Position numbers and translations under genes: made by a program | Assembly: GCA_020632555.1 (NCBI GenBank) | Contig: JACKFI010000010.1 | Location: 1-60,419 of the forward strand | Reading direction: 5' to 3' | Length of the DNA: 60,419 bases | From: Candidatus Omnitrophota bacterium | GTDB taxonomy: Bacteria; Omnitrophota; Gorgyraeia; Zapsychrales; JANLHA01 | Notes under the pieces: generated by a model | The model's input: the letters and a program-made list of their open reading frames with translations, nothing else | What the model was told of the DNA's origin: nothing | Databases searched by the model: none | Part shown: in pieces, positions 44,970 through 54,581 of the stretch | Position numbering within the stretch: position 1 is the first letter of the stretch | Layout of the letters: each line of letters begins with the position of its first letter

Positions 44970-46412
44970 TTAAACTTTCGCAACTTTTTTATGCCAATCC
45001 GTTGCTTGTTCATAGGTGTGCGCAACGCGCAGCATGGTTTCTTCAGCAAAATGTTTGGTGATAATTTGTAAACCAATGGGCAGTCCGGCTTTGGAAAATC
45101 CGCACGGCAAGGACATCGCCGGGATGCCTGCTAAATTAACGGAAATCGTATAAATATCGGACAAATACATCGCCAGCGGATCATCGGTTTTTTCGCCGAT
45201 TTTAAACGCGGTGGTCGGTGCTGTTGGCGTTAAGATCGCGTCACAATCAGCAAAAACGGCATCGAAATCATTTTTAATCAGCGTCCTCACCTTTTGCGCG
45301 CGCAAATAATAGGCATCGTAATAACCCGAGGATAAGGAATAGGTTCCCAGCATAATGCGGCGTTTGGACTCGGCGCCAAAACCAGCATCGCGGGTTTCTT
45401 CAAACATATCAATGATCGGCGCTTTGCGTAAAGTTTTGGCTTGTTCGCGCAGACCGAAACGAACTCCGTCGTAGCGTGCCAAATTTGAGCTGGCCTCGGC
45501 GGTGGCGATAATGTAATACGTGGCTACTGAATATTCGCTGTGTGGCAAAGACACCGTTTTAAACACGGCTCCCTTGGCTTTCAAAACTTCAATAGCTGCT
45601 TCAACGGCTTGCCTGACCTCTGGGTCGAGCCCTTCAATAAAAAATTCTTTGGGAATACCGATTTTGAGGCCACGGACATCGCCGGTTAAAGATTTGGTGT
45701 AGTCAGGAACGGGCTCATTGATTGAGGTGGAATCCATCGGGTCGTAACCACTGATGATGTTCAGTAGTAAAGCCGCGTCGGTGACATCCTTGGTTAGCGG
45801 TCCGATTTGGTCAAGACTGCTGGCAAAAGCGATGAGTCCGAAACGGGAAACACGTCCATACGTCGGTTTAACGCCGACTACCCCGCAAAAGGATGCTGGC
45901 TGACGAATGGAACCGCCGGTATCAGAACCAAGTGCCCAAATGGTTTGATCACTGGCCACCGCGGCCGCTGATCCTCCGCTGGAGCCGCCGGGCACACAAT
46001 CCAAATTCCACGGATTGCGGCTGGGTCCAAAAGCGGAATTTTCCGTCGAAGACCCAAAAGCAAACTCGTCCATATTGGCATTGCCGACAAACAGTGCGCC
46101 GGTCTCTTTGAGTTTTTTAATAACGGTCGCGTCATACGGAGGTTTAAACCCAGCCAGGATTTTTGAGCTGCAGGTTGTCTCATGACCACTGATGCAAATA
46201 TTGTCTTTATTGGTAGTCGGGATTGGGAATTTCGCATCTGCTTTGAGTGTTGCCAAATCAGCATTGTTTTCACAGGTGCGGACATAGGCTTTGACGGCCG
46301 AGTCTTTTTCTCTGACGGCACTGATGACACTTTGATAAACATCGTTTGGAGTAGTTTTTTTGGTTTTGATCAAACCCAAAATTTCGTGGGCGGTTAATTC
46401 GTTTAAGCTCAT
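44970..46412 (-). CDS. gatA: Glu-tRNA(Gln) amidotransferase subunit A
   Basis: Amidase signature [12 protein letters not shown]...[12 protein letters not shown]. 480 aa. Confidence 0.95.
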   Translation of the reverse strand: MSLNELTAHEILGLIKTKKTTPNDVYQSVISAVREKDSAVKAYVRTCENNADLATLKADAKFPIPTTNKDNICISGHETTCSSKILAGFKPPYDATVIKKLKETGALFVGNANMDEFAFGSSTENSAFGPSRNPWNLDCVPGGSSGGSAAAVASDQTIWALGSDTGGSIRQPASFCGVVGVKPTYGRVSRFGLIAFASSLDQIGPLTKDVTDAALLLNIISGYDPMDSTSINEPVPDYTKSLTGDVRGLKIGIPKEFFIEGLDPEVRQAVEAAIEVLKAKGAVFKTVSLPHSEYSVATYYIIATAEASSNLARYDGVRFGLREQAKTLRKAPIIDMFEETRDAGFGAESKRRIMLGTYSLSSGYYDAYYLRAQKVRTLIKNDFDAVFADCDAILTPTAPTTAFKIGEKTDDPLAMYLSDIYTISVNLAGIPAMSLPCGFSKAGLPIGLQIITKHFAEETMLRVAHTYEQATDWHKKVAKV

Positions 46413-46693
46413 TCGATCACCTGCGGAACTTTGAAAGCGCCATTGTGCTGCTGGGGCGCGTTTTTGAGAGCATCAGATTGACTGAGTGATGGCCGGACGA
46501 CATCATCACGAAAAACATTTTGCACCGGTAAAGCGTGACTGGTTGGCTCAACTTGACTGACATCGAGTTTTTCCAGCTTTTCGATGTAACCCAAAATATC
46601 TTCTAGATTGCCGGTTAATTTTTCGATTTCTTGGTCTTGCAGATGAATGCGTGCCAAACCAGCAATATATTCAACATCTTTTTTGGTAATCAT
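46409..46693 (-). CDS. gatC: Asp/Glu-tRNA amidotransferase subunit C
   Basis: 94 aa, with ...[12 protein letters not shown]...E...L...LE.IL.Y...L..LDV. It is upstream of and overlaps gatA. Confidence 0.9.
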   Translation of the reverse strand: MITKKDVEYIAGLARIHLQDQEIEKLTGNLEDILGYIEKLEKLDVSQVEPTSHALPVQNVFRDDVVRPSLSQSDALKNAPQQHNGAFKVPQVIE

Positions 46694-46787
46694 AATTTAG
46701 CTTTGTTTCAGGTTTAATAGTGTTTGCGAAAGTTCATAATTTAACATTAAAGTCCAATGGTGGCAAGCAGTAAAACCTTGCCCACCC

Positions 46788-47171
46788 TTATGCCAGCAGC
46801 TTGGCTTTTAAGTCCTCGGGGATTTGGGTTGGTTTAAAGTCGCGGTTTAGGCATGCCAGTGTGACTTCGGCTTCGATCATTAATTGTCCGGTTTTTTTGT
46901 GATGGATTTTTTGTTCAAAGATCAATTGGGCTGCGGTGACTTTGAGCAGTTTGGCGTCGCAAACAATGATATCGCCGTAACGAGCTGGACTGCGATAAGT
47001 GACATTGCATTTGCGTACTGCGTAAACCATGCCTCGCTGGTGAAACATTTCGACACTCATGCCTCGTTTGTCCAAAAATTCGGTGCGGGCTTCTTCCAAA
47101 TATTTTAAATAATTGGCATAATACACAACGCCGCCGGAATCTGTATCGTGGTAAAATATGCGCTTTTCCAT
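46788..47171 (-). CDS. acyl-CoA thioesterase, YbgC/4HBT family
   Basis: FYHDTDSGGVVYYANYLKYLEEARTEFL (hotdog fold with catalytic Asp). 127 aa. Confidence 0.8.
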   Translation of the reverse strand: MEKRIFYHDTDSGGVVYYANYLKYLEEARTEFLDKRGMSVEMFHQRGMVYAVRKCNVTYRSPARYGDIIVCDAKLLKVTAAQLIFEQKIHHKKTGQLMIEAEVTLACLNRDFKPTQIPEDLKAKLLA

Positions 47172-47183
47172 AAAAGTCCTTTG

Positions 47184-47615
47184 TTATTTTTTAACTGGGT
47201 AATTTTTTTTCATGACCAGCAGAGTTAAACGGCTGATATCGATTTTTTGATTGCGCACCGCGCGAAAAGCGACATTCGAAAAATCCGCCACTTCCCGGCT
47301 GAATTCGAGCAAGGTGACATCATAGCCGCGTCTTTGCACAAGGCGCCAGGATTGTACCAAGGCGGTGACTACAGTCTTGGGCGGATTGGGACAGCGATTG
47401 CGAAAAGTTTCTAAAATCCACTCAAATTCGCGGACAGTTGCATTATCAGGGTTTATCGTTTTTTTCAAAAGAACATCTTGGGGATTTTGGGTGCGTTCGT
47501 CTAACATCGCCATTTGATAACCGTAGGACGAATCATCAGCCAAAGCTGTCAGTGCAATGGTTAAAAGACCAAGAATCAACACAAATCGTTGGAATATGTT
47601 TGTCAATGTCGTCAT
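47184..47615 (-). CDS. secreted hypothetical protein
   Basis: Signal peptide FVLILGLLTIALTALA. No recognisable motifs. 143 aa. Confidence 0.4.
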   Translation of the reverse strand: MTTLTNIFQRFVLILGLLTIALTALADDSSYGYQMAMLDERTQNPQDVLLKKTINPDNATVREFEWILETFRNRCPNPPKTVVTALVQSWRLVQRRGYDVTLLEFSREVADFSNVAFRAVRNQKIDISRLTLLVMKKNYPVKK

Positions 47616-47754
47616 AAAAGTGACTTCTTTTTATCATTCTTCAACCGTCGTGTCAATGTCCAACATTGTGGATTTTTTCTATTGAAAAATTTTGCTTTAT
47701 GTTATATTAAAGCCGCTTGGTTAAGGTGTGTAACCGACAGCTGGAGGCTAATTT

Positions 47755-48162
47755 ATGACATCTCAAAATCATGGTGCTGCCGCATCTTCCAGTTCTTATT
47801 CTGATCTGAGATATTTCCCTCGTTGGCAAGTTCGAAATCGTATTGTTTATCGTTTGCAAGGCGAAACCGCTTTGCACGAAGGGCGCAGCCATGATTTGAG
47901 TTGTGCCGGCGTTTCGATGATCAGTCGCTTTCCGTTGTCCAAAGATCAAAAGTTAAAGCTACGGATTTATTTATTTGAAGACAAAAGTATTGAGGCCGAC
48001 GGGCAACCGGTGTGGGTTCGAGAAGTTGATCAAGGGTATATGGCGGGAATCGCGTTTTGTAATATGTCAACCAAGATTCAGAATGAAATTCTGCAATACG
48101 CTTTTGAAGTTAAAAAAAGTGATGTGGTTAATCATTGGTTTGAAGGTTGGCCGCAAAAGTAA
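47755..48162 (+). CDS. PilZ-domain protein (putative c-di-GMP receptor)
   Basis: RxxxR (RYFPR) followed by D.SxxG (HDLSCAGVS) at PilZ-typical spacing. 135 aa. Confidence 0.65.
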   Translation: MTSQNHGAAASSSSYSDLRYFPRWQVRNRIVYRLQGETALHEGRSHDLSCAGVSMISRFPLSKDQKLKLRIYLFEDKSIEADGQPVWVREVDQGYMAGIAFCNMSTKIQNEILQYAFEVKKSDVVNHWFEGWPQK

Positions 48163-48928
48163 TCAAATCGACGTAGTTTTTTAAGCTCAAATTCTCTGCG
48201 CGTTCCTCTCCTGTTAATCGACAATGTTTTAAAATTTCAAGAGTGTTTTTTTCAAAAATTGGTTTGAGCGAGTTCGAAATGCGTTTGCGTCTTTGGCCAA
48301 AAGCTGTGCGAATCAGTGTGAACAATTTATCTTCATTGTTAACTTTAAACGGCGGCGGACGAAAATTCAGTCTCATAAAACAGGACGTCACCTTGGGTGC
48401 GGGTTTAAAACTGGACGGCGGTAGTTTGAAAAGAATTTCGATGTCAGCGTAATATTGCACGAAACATGACAAAGACCCGTAATTCTTGTGATTGGGTTTG
48501 GCGGCCAGTCTTTGCGCGAATTCTTGTTGGACGGTAAAAAAACATTGCGGAAATAAGTTTTGATAGCCAATCAACTTTTCAATGATGGGTGTGGAAATGT
48601 AATACGGTAAGTTGCCGATGACTTTTAAACCCGGCGGCAGTGTTGTGAAATCAAATTTGAGAACATCGGCGTCAAATACCGTGAATTTCTCTGCTGGAAA
48701 TTTTTTGGTCAATTGTTCACAGAAGCGGGGATCTTTTTCAATGGCGTAAATTTTTTTAACAAAAGGCAAAATCAATTCAGTTAAATGGCCTAATCCGGGG
48801 CCAATTTCGATGACTTCTTCGTCGGCTTGTAATTGACAGGCAGCCAAGATCCGCTGTTGCGCTTTGGGGTCAACCAAAAAGTTTTGGCCTAAATGTTTGC
48901 GTGGTGCCAGCGGTGGTCGTGGTTTCAT
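48128..48928 (-). CDS. rsmA: 16S rRNA (adenine1518/1519-N6)-dimethyltransferase
   Basis: LGQNFLVD, EIGPGLGHLT, GNLPYYISTPI. 266 aa. Confidence 0.92.
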   Translation of the reverse strand: MKPRPPLAPRKHLGQNFLVDPKAQQRILAACQLQADEEVIEIGPGLGHLTELILPFVKKIYAIEKDPRFCEQLTKKFPAEKFTVFDADVLKFDFTTLPPGLKVIGNLPYYISTPIIEKLIGYQNLFPQCFFTVQQEFAQRLAAKPNHKNYGSLSCFVQYYADIEILFKLPPSSFKPAPKVTSCFMRLNFRPPPFKVNNEDKLFTLIRTAFGQRRKRISNSLKPIFEKNTLEILKHCRLTGEERAENLSLKNYVDLITFAANLQTND

Positions 48929-48951
48929 AGTTTTTAATTGTAACTTTATAT

Positions 48952-50613
48952 TTATTCGCGGCCTATTTGTACAACGTAAGCATCACCCGTGTGCAGTGAT
49001 TCTTTGAATTCAAAAACATCTTTTGAAATCTTTTGGAGTTTTTTGAATTGACTTTTTTGGACGATCGCATAAGTTGTCCCCTGTTTATTTAAGAACCTTG
49101 CAATATCTTGATCGGTCGATACGTTCTCAATCGGATGCGGGCTAAAAAATTGGTCACCGATGAGAGCGATATCCTGATCGGTGAAATATCGGACACCTCG
49201 GACAAACATTTTGGAACACAAGATTTTATTTTCTACGTGATAATTCTTTAGCAAATACTCGCTGACCGATTGGCTGGAAATATAGTTTTCAAATTTGTCT
49301 TTTGATATCAGACCAAACATTAAAATCAGGGGAACTTGTAAGGCCAGAATGGTGAGACATTGCTTTTGTTTCTTTGTGATCATTGCAAATATAAGCGCGG
49401 CTGTTAAGGCCAGCAAAAGGATTAATAATTCGATAACAAACTTTTCGTCGGGTAAATATTGGTAATATTTAAAATCAATCGGTAGAAGTCCTGACGCGAT
49501 GAAAAAGAGTCCCAAGGATAATCCGACCAGCAGCAGTGAGGAAAGCATGATCATGATTAGGAGAGATTTGTTTTTTTTATTTTTGAGCAGCATAAAAATA
49601 TAATCGCCGGTAATGATTGCCAGTGCCGGCATCAGCGGAAAGATATAGCTGGCGAGTTTGGAGTGAGCCATTTGAAAGATGACAAAGACCACCAAAATCC
49701 AGCTGGCTAAAAAATGGTACACCGGATCAATGCTTTTTTCTCGACAAAGGCGGATCAACCATGCCAATGAACTGATCAAAAATATGGTCCACGGTAGCAT
49801 GCCTAAGGTCATTGTTATGGGATAAAAATACCAAGTGTCACTGCTGGAATGTTCAGCTTCGAGAATACGACGGATATGGTCATTGTAAAAAAATTCATTC
49901 ATGAAACTCTGCCCGAAGTGTTTGATCATAAAAACGTACCAAGGCAATGCCAAAATCAGAAAAACAATCGAACCCCAGAAGGTCGTTTGTGTTTTTAAAA
50001 ATTGCAAGTTTTTTTGCATGACCAAAAACGCAACGACGATGAGAATCGGTAATCCCACTCCCAGCAAACCTTTGGTCAATACGGCCAAGGCAGAGAAAAT
50101 AAAAAATAACAAGATGCCTTTGGTTTTGTGCTTGGGGTTGATATACCCGGTGTAAAACGAGGCCAAGGACATCAGGATAAGAATAGAAAAAATCATGTCG
50201 GTTAACAAAAATCGGGCCAGACCGATGTAAAGACCCGAGGACATCAAAATCAAAGCGCAGAGAAAAGATTTGTCTTTATTCTTATATGCGATTTGGCAGA
50301 AATAATAAACCGTCAGGCATCCTAGCATGGCAAATAAGGCCGGCGGGAATCTTGCGGCAAAACTGGTTATTCCAAAAAAAGAAAAACTTAATCGCAACAA
50401 CCAGAATGTCAGAATCGGTTTTTCAAACTGTGGCTGACCGAACATTTGCGGAACCAGCCATGTTTTTTGCTGGATCATTTCTTTGGCGGACAAACTGTAA
50501 AATACTTCGTCGGGGTTGGTTAAGGTCAGGATATTGTTGCCCAACATGAAGAAAACAAAAGAAATGCAGATTAACAAAAAGATGTTTTTTAAATGACTGC
50601 GTTCTTTAATCAT
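48952..50613 (-). CDS. ArnT/PMT-family (GT83/GT39-like, GT-C) membrane glycosyltransferase
   Basis: First loop NPDEVFYSLSAKEMIQQKTWLVPQMFGQPQFEKPILTFW, about 12 TM helices and a C-terminal soluble domain. 553 aa. Confidence 0.7.
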   Translation of the reverse strand: MIKERSHLKNIFLLICISFVFFMLGNNILTLTNPDEVFYSLSAKEMIQQKTWLVPQMFGQPQFEKPILTFWLLRLSFSFFGITSFAARFPPALFAMLGCLTVYYFCQIAYKNKDKSFLCALILMSSGLYIGLARFLLTDMIFSILILMSLASFYTGYINPKHKTKGILLFFIFSALAVLTKGLLGVGLPILIVVAFLVMQKNLQFLKTQTTFWGSIVFLILALPWYVFMIKHFGQSFMNEFFYNDHIRRILEAEHSSSDTWYFYPITMTLGMLPWTIFLISSLAWLIRLCREKSIDPVYHFLASWILVVFVIFQMAHSKLASYIFPLMPALAIITGDYIFMLLKNKKNKSLLIMIMLSSLLLVGLSLGLFFIASGLLPIDFKYYQYLPDEKFVIELLILLLALTAALIFAMITKKQKQCLTILALQVPLILMFGLISKDKFENYISSQSVSEYLLKNYHVENKILCSKMFVRGVRYFTDQDIALIGDQFFSPHPIENVSTDQDIARFLNKQGTTYAIVQKSQFKKLQKISKDVFEFKESLHTGDAYVVQIGRE

Positions 50614-50759
50614 GTCAATTTGCCGGGAATGGGGGGTTGCACATTACATCCTTACCGCGTGGGTGTGTTCTAATGATAAATTGTTTAAAAAAATCAGTTC
50701 AGGTTTGGTGTAGAGATTGTGCGTTTTTTGCAAAGCTGTCGTTTTAGTGGGCATGATTT

Positions 50760-51701
50760 TTACGTATACCTCGCACAGAATTTGATGGCTTCGATCATCG
50801 ACGATGGATCGGCCTTATTTTTTCCGGCAATGTCAAACGCGGTGCCGTGGCTAGGCGAGGTGCGGATAAACGGCAGACCGAGAGTGACATTGACCAGTTG
50901 ATTAAAATACAGAGCTTTCAGGGGTGCCAAACCTTGATCATGATACATGGCAATAAAAAGATCGTACTTTTTAAAATTCTTTTTAGAAAACATAGTGTCG
51001 GCGGCAAAGGGCCCGAAAGCGCAAATTCCCTCCTCTTTGGCATCATTAATAGCTGGGATGATCACCGATTGTTCTTCTTGCCCTAGCATTCCTCCCTCGC
51101 CGGCATGCGGATTAAGGCCAGCTAAAGCGATGCGGGGTTTTTTGATGTTAAAAAGTTTCTTCAAAGATTGATTGGCCAGTCGCAATGTTCTTAAGATTTG
51201 TGTCTGGGAAATCATTTCGGGAATGTCCTTTAACGGTAAATGGCGTGTGGCGATAATCAGTTTGAGATCGGGAGCGTGAAACATCATTTCAAAATTGGTA
51301 ATGCCAAAATTGTCTGCCAAAAATTCAGTGTGACCACTGAAAGGCACGCCTAAGGCGGAAATCGCTTCTTTAGAGACCGGTCCGGTGACCAGCCCGTCGA
51401 GTTTATTCTCTTTAAATAGCCCAACCGCGGTTTCCAGATAAGCCAAAGACGAAGCGGCACCCGCGCAACGGGCATCTTTAAAAGCAAAATCAAAAGGATG
51501 AATCTTATTGCTGTTAATCAGCTGACACATTGGAGTTTGGGGAAACCGGAACTTTTTAAAAATTATTTCATCGCCAATGATTTTAAAATGGGCTAATCTT
51601 CGGATCGCTGGATTTTGTAGAGCCTTCGCGACCACTTCTGGTCCAATACCTCCGGGGTCGCCCAAGGTGATGCCAATGATTTTCTTTTTTGGTTTTTTCA
51701 T
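50760..51701 (-). CDS. pdxA: 4-hydroxythreonine-4-phosphate dehydrogenase
   Basis: IGITLGDPGGIGPEV, GHTEFLA, AGLNPHAGEGG, MYHDQGL, TSPSHGTAFDIAG. 313 aa. Confidence 0.92.
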   Translation of the reverse strand: MKKPKKKIIGITLGDPGGIGPEVVAKALQNPAIRRLAHFKIIGDEIIFKKFRFPQTPMCQLINSNKIHPFDFAFKDARCAGAASSLAYLETAVGLFKENKLDGLVTGPVSKEAISALGVPFSGHTEFLADNFGITNFEMMFHAPDLKLIIATRHLPLKDIPEMISQTQILRTLRLANQSLKKLFNIKKPRIALAGLNPHAGEGGMLGQEEQSVIIPAINDAKEEGICAFGPFAADTMFSKKNFKKYDLFIAMYHDQGLAPLKALYFNQLVNVTLGLPFIRTSPSHGTAFDIAGKNKADPSSMIEAIKFCARYT

Positions 51702-52690
51702 AAGTTTTTTTTAATATCCACAAAAGCTTCTTTTTTAAGTTTATTGAGCCATTGGTCGAATTTTTCCAGGAATTTGGTTTCAAAAATTTTGTTGGTGATG
51801 CTGTCTTTGACTTCGTCGAGCGAGGATAATTCTTCTTTGGCGTGGCCGATCAATCGGAAAATATAATACCCATTATCTACTTCGCAAACCGGCGATGTTT
51901 CATTGACAGATAGATTAAACACAATTCTTTCAATTTCCGGCAACGCTTGTCCTTTATGAATAATGCCAATGGGCGGAGATTGAGAATACTGTTTGGCTAA
52001 AGTTTTGAAGTCTTCACCGTTTTTAATTTTCTCGTGAATCTCATCAGCTTGTGTTTTGGCTTTAAGAGGGTCATCTTTTTTGGCGATAAAAATTGAGTCC
52101 AAATTGACACGTTCTGGTTTTTTAAAATTTTCAAAATGATTTTTGTAAAATGTTGTGACCTCTTGCGGATTGACATAAATTTTGGAACGAATTTCTTGGT
52201 CAACCAAGCGTTTGGTTTTGATTTGATTGCGGATTCGATTGCGGACATCAGTGACGGATGCACCTTGGTCAAGTAAGGCATTTAAGAATTCGATTTCACT
52301 TTTATATTGGGACTTGATCTGTGCCAGACGCATGTCAACCATGGCTTCAATCTCATTATTGCGGGGTTCTTCACCTTTGGGGTCGGATTGGTTTAAAGCA
52401 ATTTCATTTTTATTGGCGGCATTCAAGAGAATTTTGTCATCAATGAGTTTGTCCAATCCGTTTTTGGCCATATCATTCATAAATTGTTGAATGTCGCCGG
52501 ATTTTGTACCTTCTAATCGCATTTGAGTGGTCAGCATTTCAATATAGTCTTTAAGATCATTTAACGTGATCACCTCTTCATTGACCACGGCGACAATGGC
52601 GTCTTCAATGGCCGCGTGTGTCGGGACAGTGGCAAAAAGTGTAAAAAACAATACGAAAAAAATAAATTTATAATGTTTGGGCATTGACAC
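51698..52690 (-). CDS. surA: SurA-like periplasmic chaperone / parvulin PPIase
   Basis: Signal peptide, a SurA_N-like helical domain and one rotamase-like domain (...EDFKTLAKQYSQSP...GYYIFRL). The operon context with pdxA and rsmA fits. Confidence 0.7.
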   Translation of the reverse strand: MSMPKHYKFIFFVLFFTLFATVPTHAAIEDAIVAVVNEEVITLNDLKDYIEMLTTQMRLEGTKSGDIQQFMNDMAKNGLDKLIDDKILLNAANKNEIALNQSDPKGEEPRNNEIEAMVDMRLAQIKSQYKSEIEFLNALLDQGASVTDVRNRIRNQIKTKRLVDQEIRSKIYVNPQEVTTFYKNHFENFKKPERVNLDSIFIAKKDDPLKAKTQADEIHEKIKNGEDFKTLAKQYSQSPPIGIIHKGQALPEIERIVFNLSVNETSPVCEVDNGYYIFRLIGHAKEELSSLDEVKDSITNKIFETKFLEKFDQWLNKLKKEAFVDIKKNL

Positions 52691-54572
52691 TTGGCTCCTT
52701 AGAATTTTTTAAATGTTCGACAGATTCTTTTAAAAGTCTGCAATACAGATCAAATCCGACAGTGGCAATGTAACCGCTTTGTTCTTCTCCCAGAAGATTG
52801 CCACCCCCACGGATTTGTAAATCTTCAAACGCGACTTGAAAGCCCGCTCCCAGCTCACTGTATTTGCCCAAGGCTTGCATACGCGCCTTGGTGATTTTTG
52901 TTAAAGTTTGTTGTGGCGGCGTAATAAAATACGCGTAAGCCTGATTCGTTGCTCGGCCAACCCGTCCGCGCAGTTGATGTAATTCGCTCAAACCAAAACG
53001 ATCCGCACGATTTACGATTAAAGTGTTGGCGTTAGGAATATCAATGCCTGATTCAATAATCGTGGTGCAAATCAAAACATTGACTTGACCGGTCAGGAAT
53101 TTTAGCATAATTTCTTCCAAAAGTCTTGAGGGCATTTGTCCATGTCCTACCGCGATGCGCGCCTGCGGCACCAATCGAGTGATGATTTTAGCAATTTGAT
53201 CAATATCTTGCACGCGATTATGTAAAAAAAAGACTTGTCCCTCTCTTCTGAGTTCTCGTTCGATGGCATCCGCAATCAATTCTTCATCAAACTCAACAAT
53301 ATGGGTGACGACCGGAATTCGGTTTTGTGGCGGGGTAGAAATCACGGACATATCTTTGACGCCGGAAATCGCCATGTACAATGTTCGGGGTATGGGTGTG
53401 GCGCTCATCGATAAAACATCGACCAAGAGTTTAAGATGCTTGAGCCGTTCTTTGGCGCGGACGCCAAAATGTTGTTCTTCGTCGACAACAATCAGGCCTA
53501 AATCTTTGAAAGAAATATCTTTTGATAATAGCCGGTGAGTACCGATGACTACATCAACGGTTCCATTATGCAATTCTTTAATGGTTTGAATTTGTTCACG
53601 GTGTGTACGAAAACGGCTGAGCATGGCAATTCGAATTGGAAAATTTTTCATGCGCAAAGTGAAATTGTAAAAATGCTGTTCAGCCAGAATGGTTGTTGGA
53701 ACCAGTACAGCAACTTGTTTATTATCCATCACGGCTTTAAAAATAGCGCGCAGGGCGACTTCGGTTTTGCCAAACCCGACATCTCCGCACAAGAGCCGGT
53801 CCATGGGTTGTTCGCATTCCATATCTTTTTTGATTTCTTGCGTTGAGCGAATTTGATCAGGGGTGTCAGCGAAGGGAAATTGGGCTTCAAATTCTTTTTG
53901 CCACGGTGTGTCGGTTGAGAATTTGGTTCCTTTGACCGTTGCGCGCAAGGCCTGGATTCGTAACAGCTCTGCGGCAAAACGCCGCAAACGTTCTTCAATG
54001 CCGGCACGAACTTTTTGCCATTCTTTGCTGCCCAGTTTATAAAGGCGCGGCGGCTTTTTTTGAAAACTGATATATTTTTGTATCAGATTCATATCGTGCT
54101 GCGGGATAAAGAGTTTGTCCCCGCCGGCATATTCAATGACCAAAAGATCGCGCTTTTCTTTATTGATTTCCAAATGCGACAGTCCCAAGAAACGTCCGAT
54201 ACCGTGATGATTGTGAACGACATAATCGCCTTTTTGAATATCAACGAAAGCGTTTAAAGGTGTGTCAGAAGAAAATGGTGATGTGTTGGCAGGGGTTTTG
54301 TACGGCAAAATAATCGCGATTTTATGCTGCCAAATTGCTTTACCGGACTTGATATTAAAACTGGCAATGGATTGAATTTGGGTATCGTTTAAGGCAATGC
54401 GGATCGGACCGTCAAAATTGCTGGGAAAGATGTCGAGAATCTCACCGCGCTGGCAGAAGTCGCCTTCCTGAATCACCTCTTTGGCATGGCGATAATGAAA
54501 AGCAACCAAATCAGCGATGATTTGTTCGACGTCAATAGTTTGCTCAACATAAAGTTTGAGCGAACGAAACAT
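52668..54572 (-). CDS. mfd: transcription-repair coupling factor, unusually short form (634 aa)
   Basis: Has a D2-like segment (GDFCQRGEILDIFP), a CarD/RID segment (GDYVVHNHHGIGRFLGL) and an SF2 translocase (GDVGFGKTEVA, VVDEEQHFG, HQLRGRVGR). It ends at GFDLYCRLLKESVEHLK, so the D1a, D1b/D3 and D7 equivalents are absent. Confidence 0.85.
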   Translation of the reverse strand: MFRSLKLYVEQTIDVEQIIADLVAFHYRHAKEVIQEGDFCQRGEILDIFPSNFDGPIRIALNDTQIQSIASFNIKSGKAIWQHKIAIILPYKTPANTSPFSSDTPLNAFVDIQKGDYVVHNHHGIGRFLGLSHLEINKEKRDLLVIEYAGGDKLFIPQHDMNLIQKYISFQKKPPRLYKLGSKEWQKVRAGIEERLRRFAAELLRIQALRATVKGTKFSTDTPWQKEFEAQFPFADTPDQIRSTQEIKKDMECEQPMDRLLCGDVGFGKTEVALRAIFKAVMDNKQVAVLVPTTILAEQHFYNFTLRMKNFPIRIAMLSRFRTHREQIQTIKELHNGTVDVVIGTHRLLSKDISFKDLGLIVVDEEQHFGVRAKERLKHLKLLVDVLSMSATPIPRTLYMAISGVKDMSVISTPPQNRIPVVTHIVEFDEELIADAIERELRREGQVFFLHNRVQDIDQIAKIITRLVPQARIAVGHGQMPSRLLEEIMLKFLTGQVNVLICTTIIESGIDIPNANTLIVNRADRFGLSELHQLRGRVGRATNQAYAYFITPPQQTLTKITKARMQALGKYSELGAGFQVAFEDLQIRGGGNLLGEEQSGYIATVGFDLYCRLLKESVEHLKNSKEPSVNAQTL

Positions 54573-54581
54573 TGATGAGCC

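Noticed and set aside
45878-46342. 154-aa minus-strand ORF in an alternative frame within gatA
   Set aside because: It is an off-frame overlap with a gene carrying the full amidase signature. The translation is Pro/Arg-rich, typical of an alternative frame.
46740-46787. Hairpin GGTGGGCAAG-n-CTTGCCACC after the thioesterase gene as an intrinsic terminator
   Set aside because: The stem is reasonable but no U-tract follows on the transcribed strand, and gatC starts about 50 nt later. Evidence is insufficient for a terminator call.
50614-50759. 146-bp spacer between pdxA and the ArnT-like gene as a riboswitch or sRNA
   Set aside because: I could identify no conserved riboswitch core, convincing promoter or stable structure by eye.
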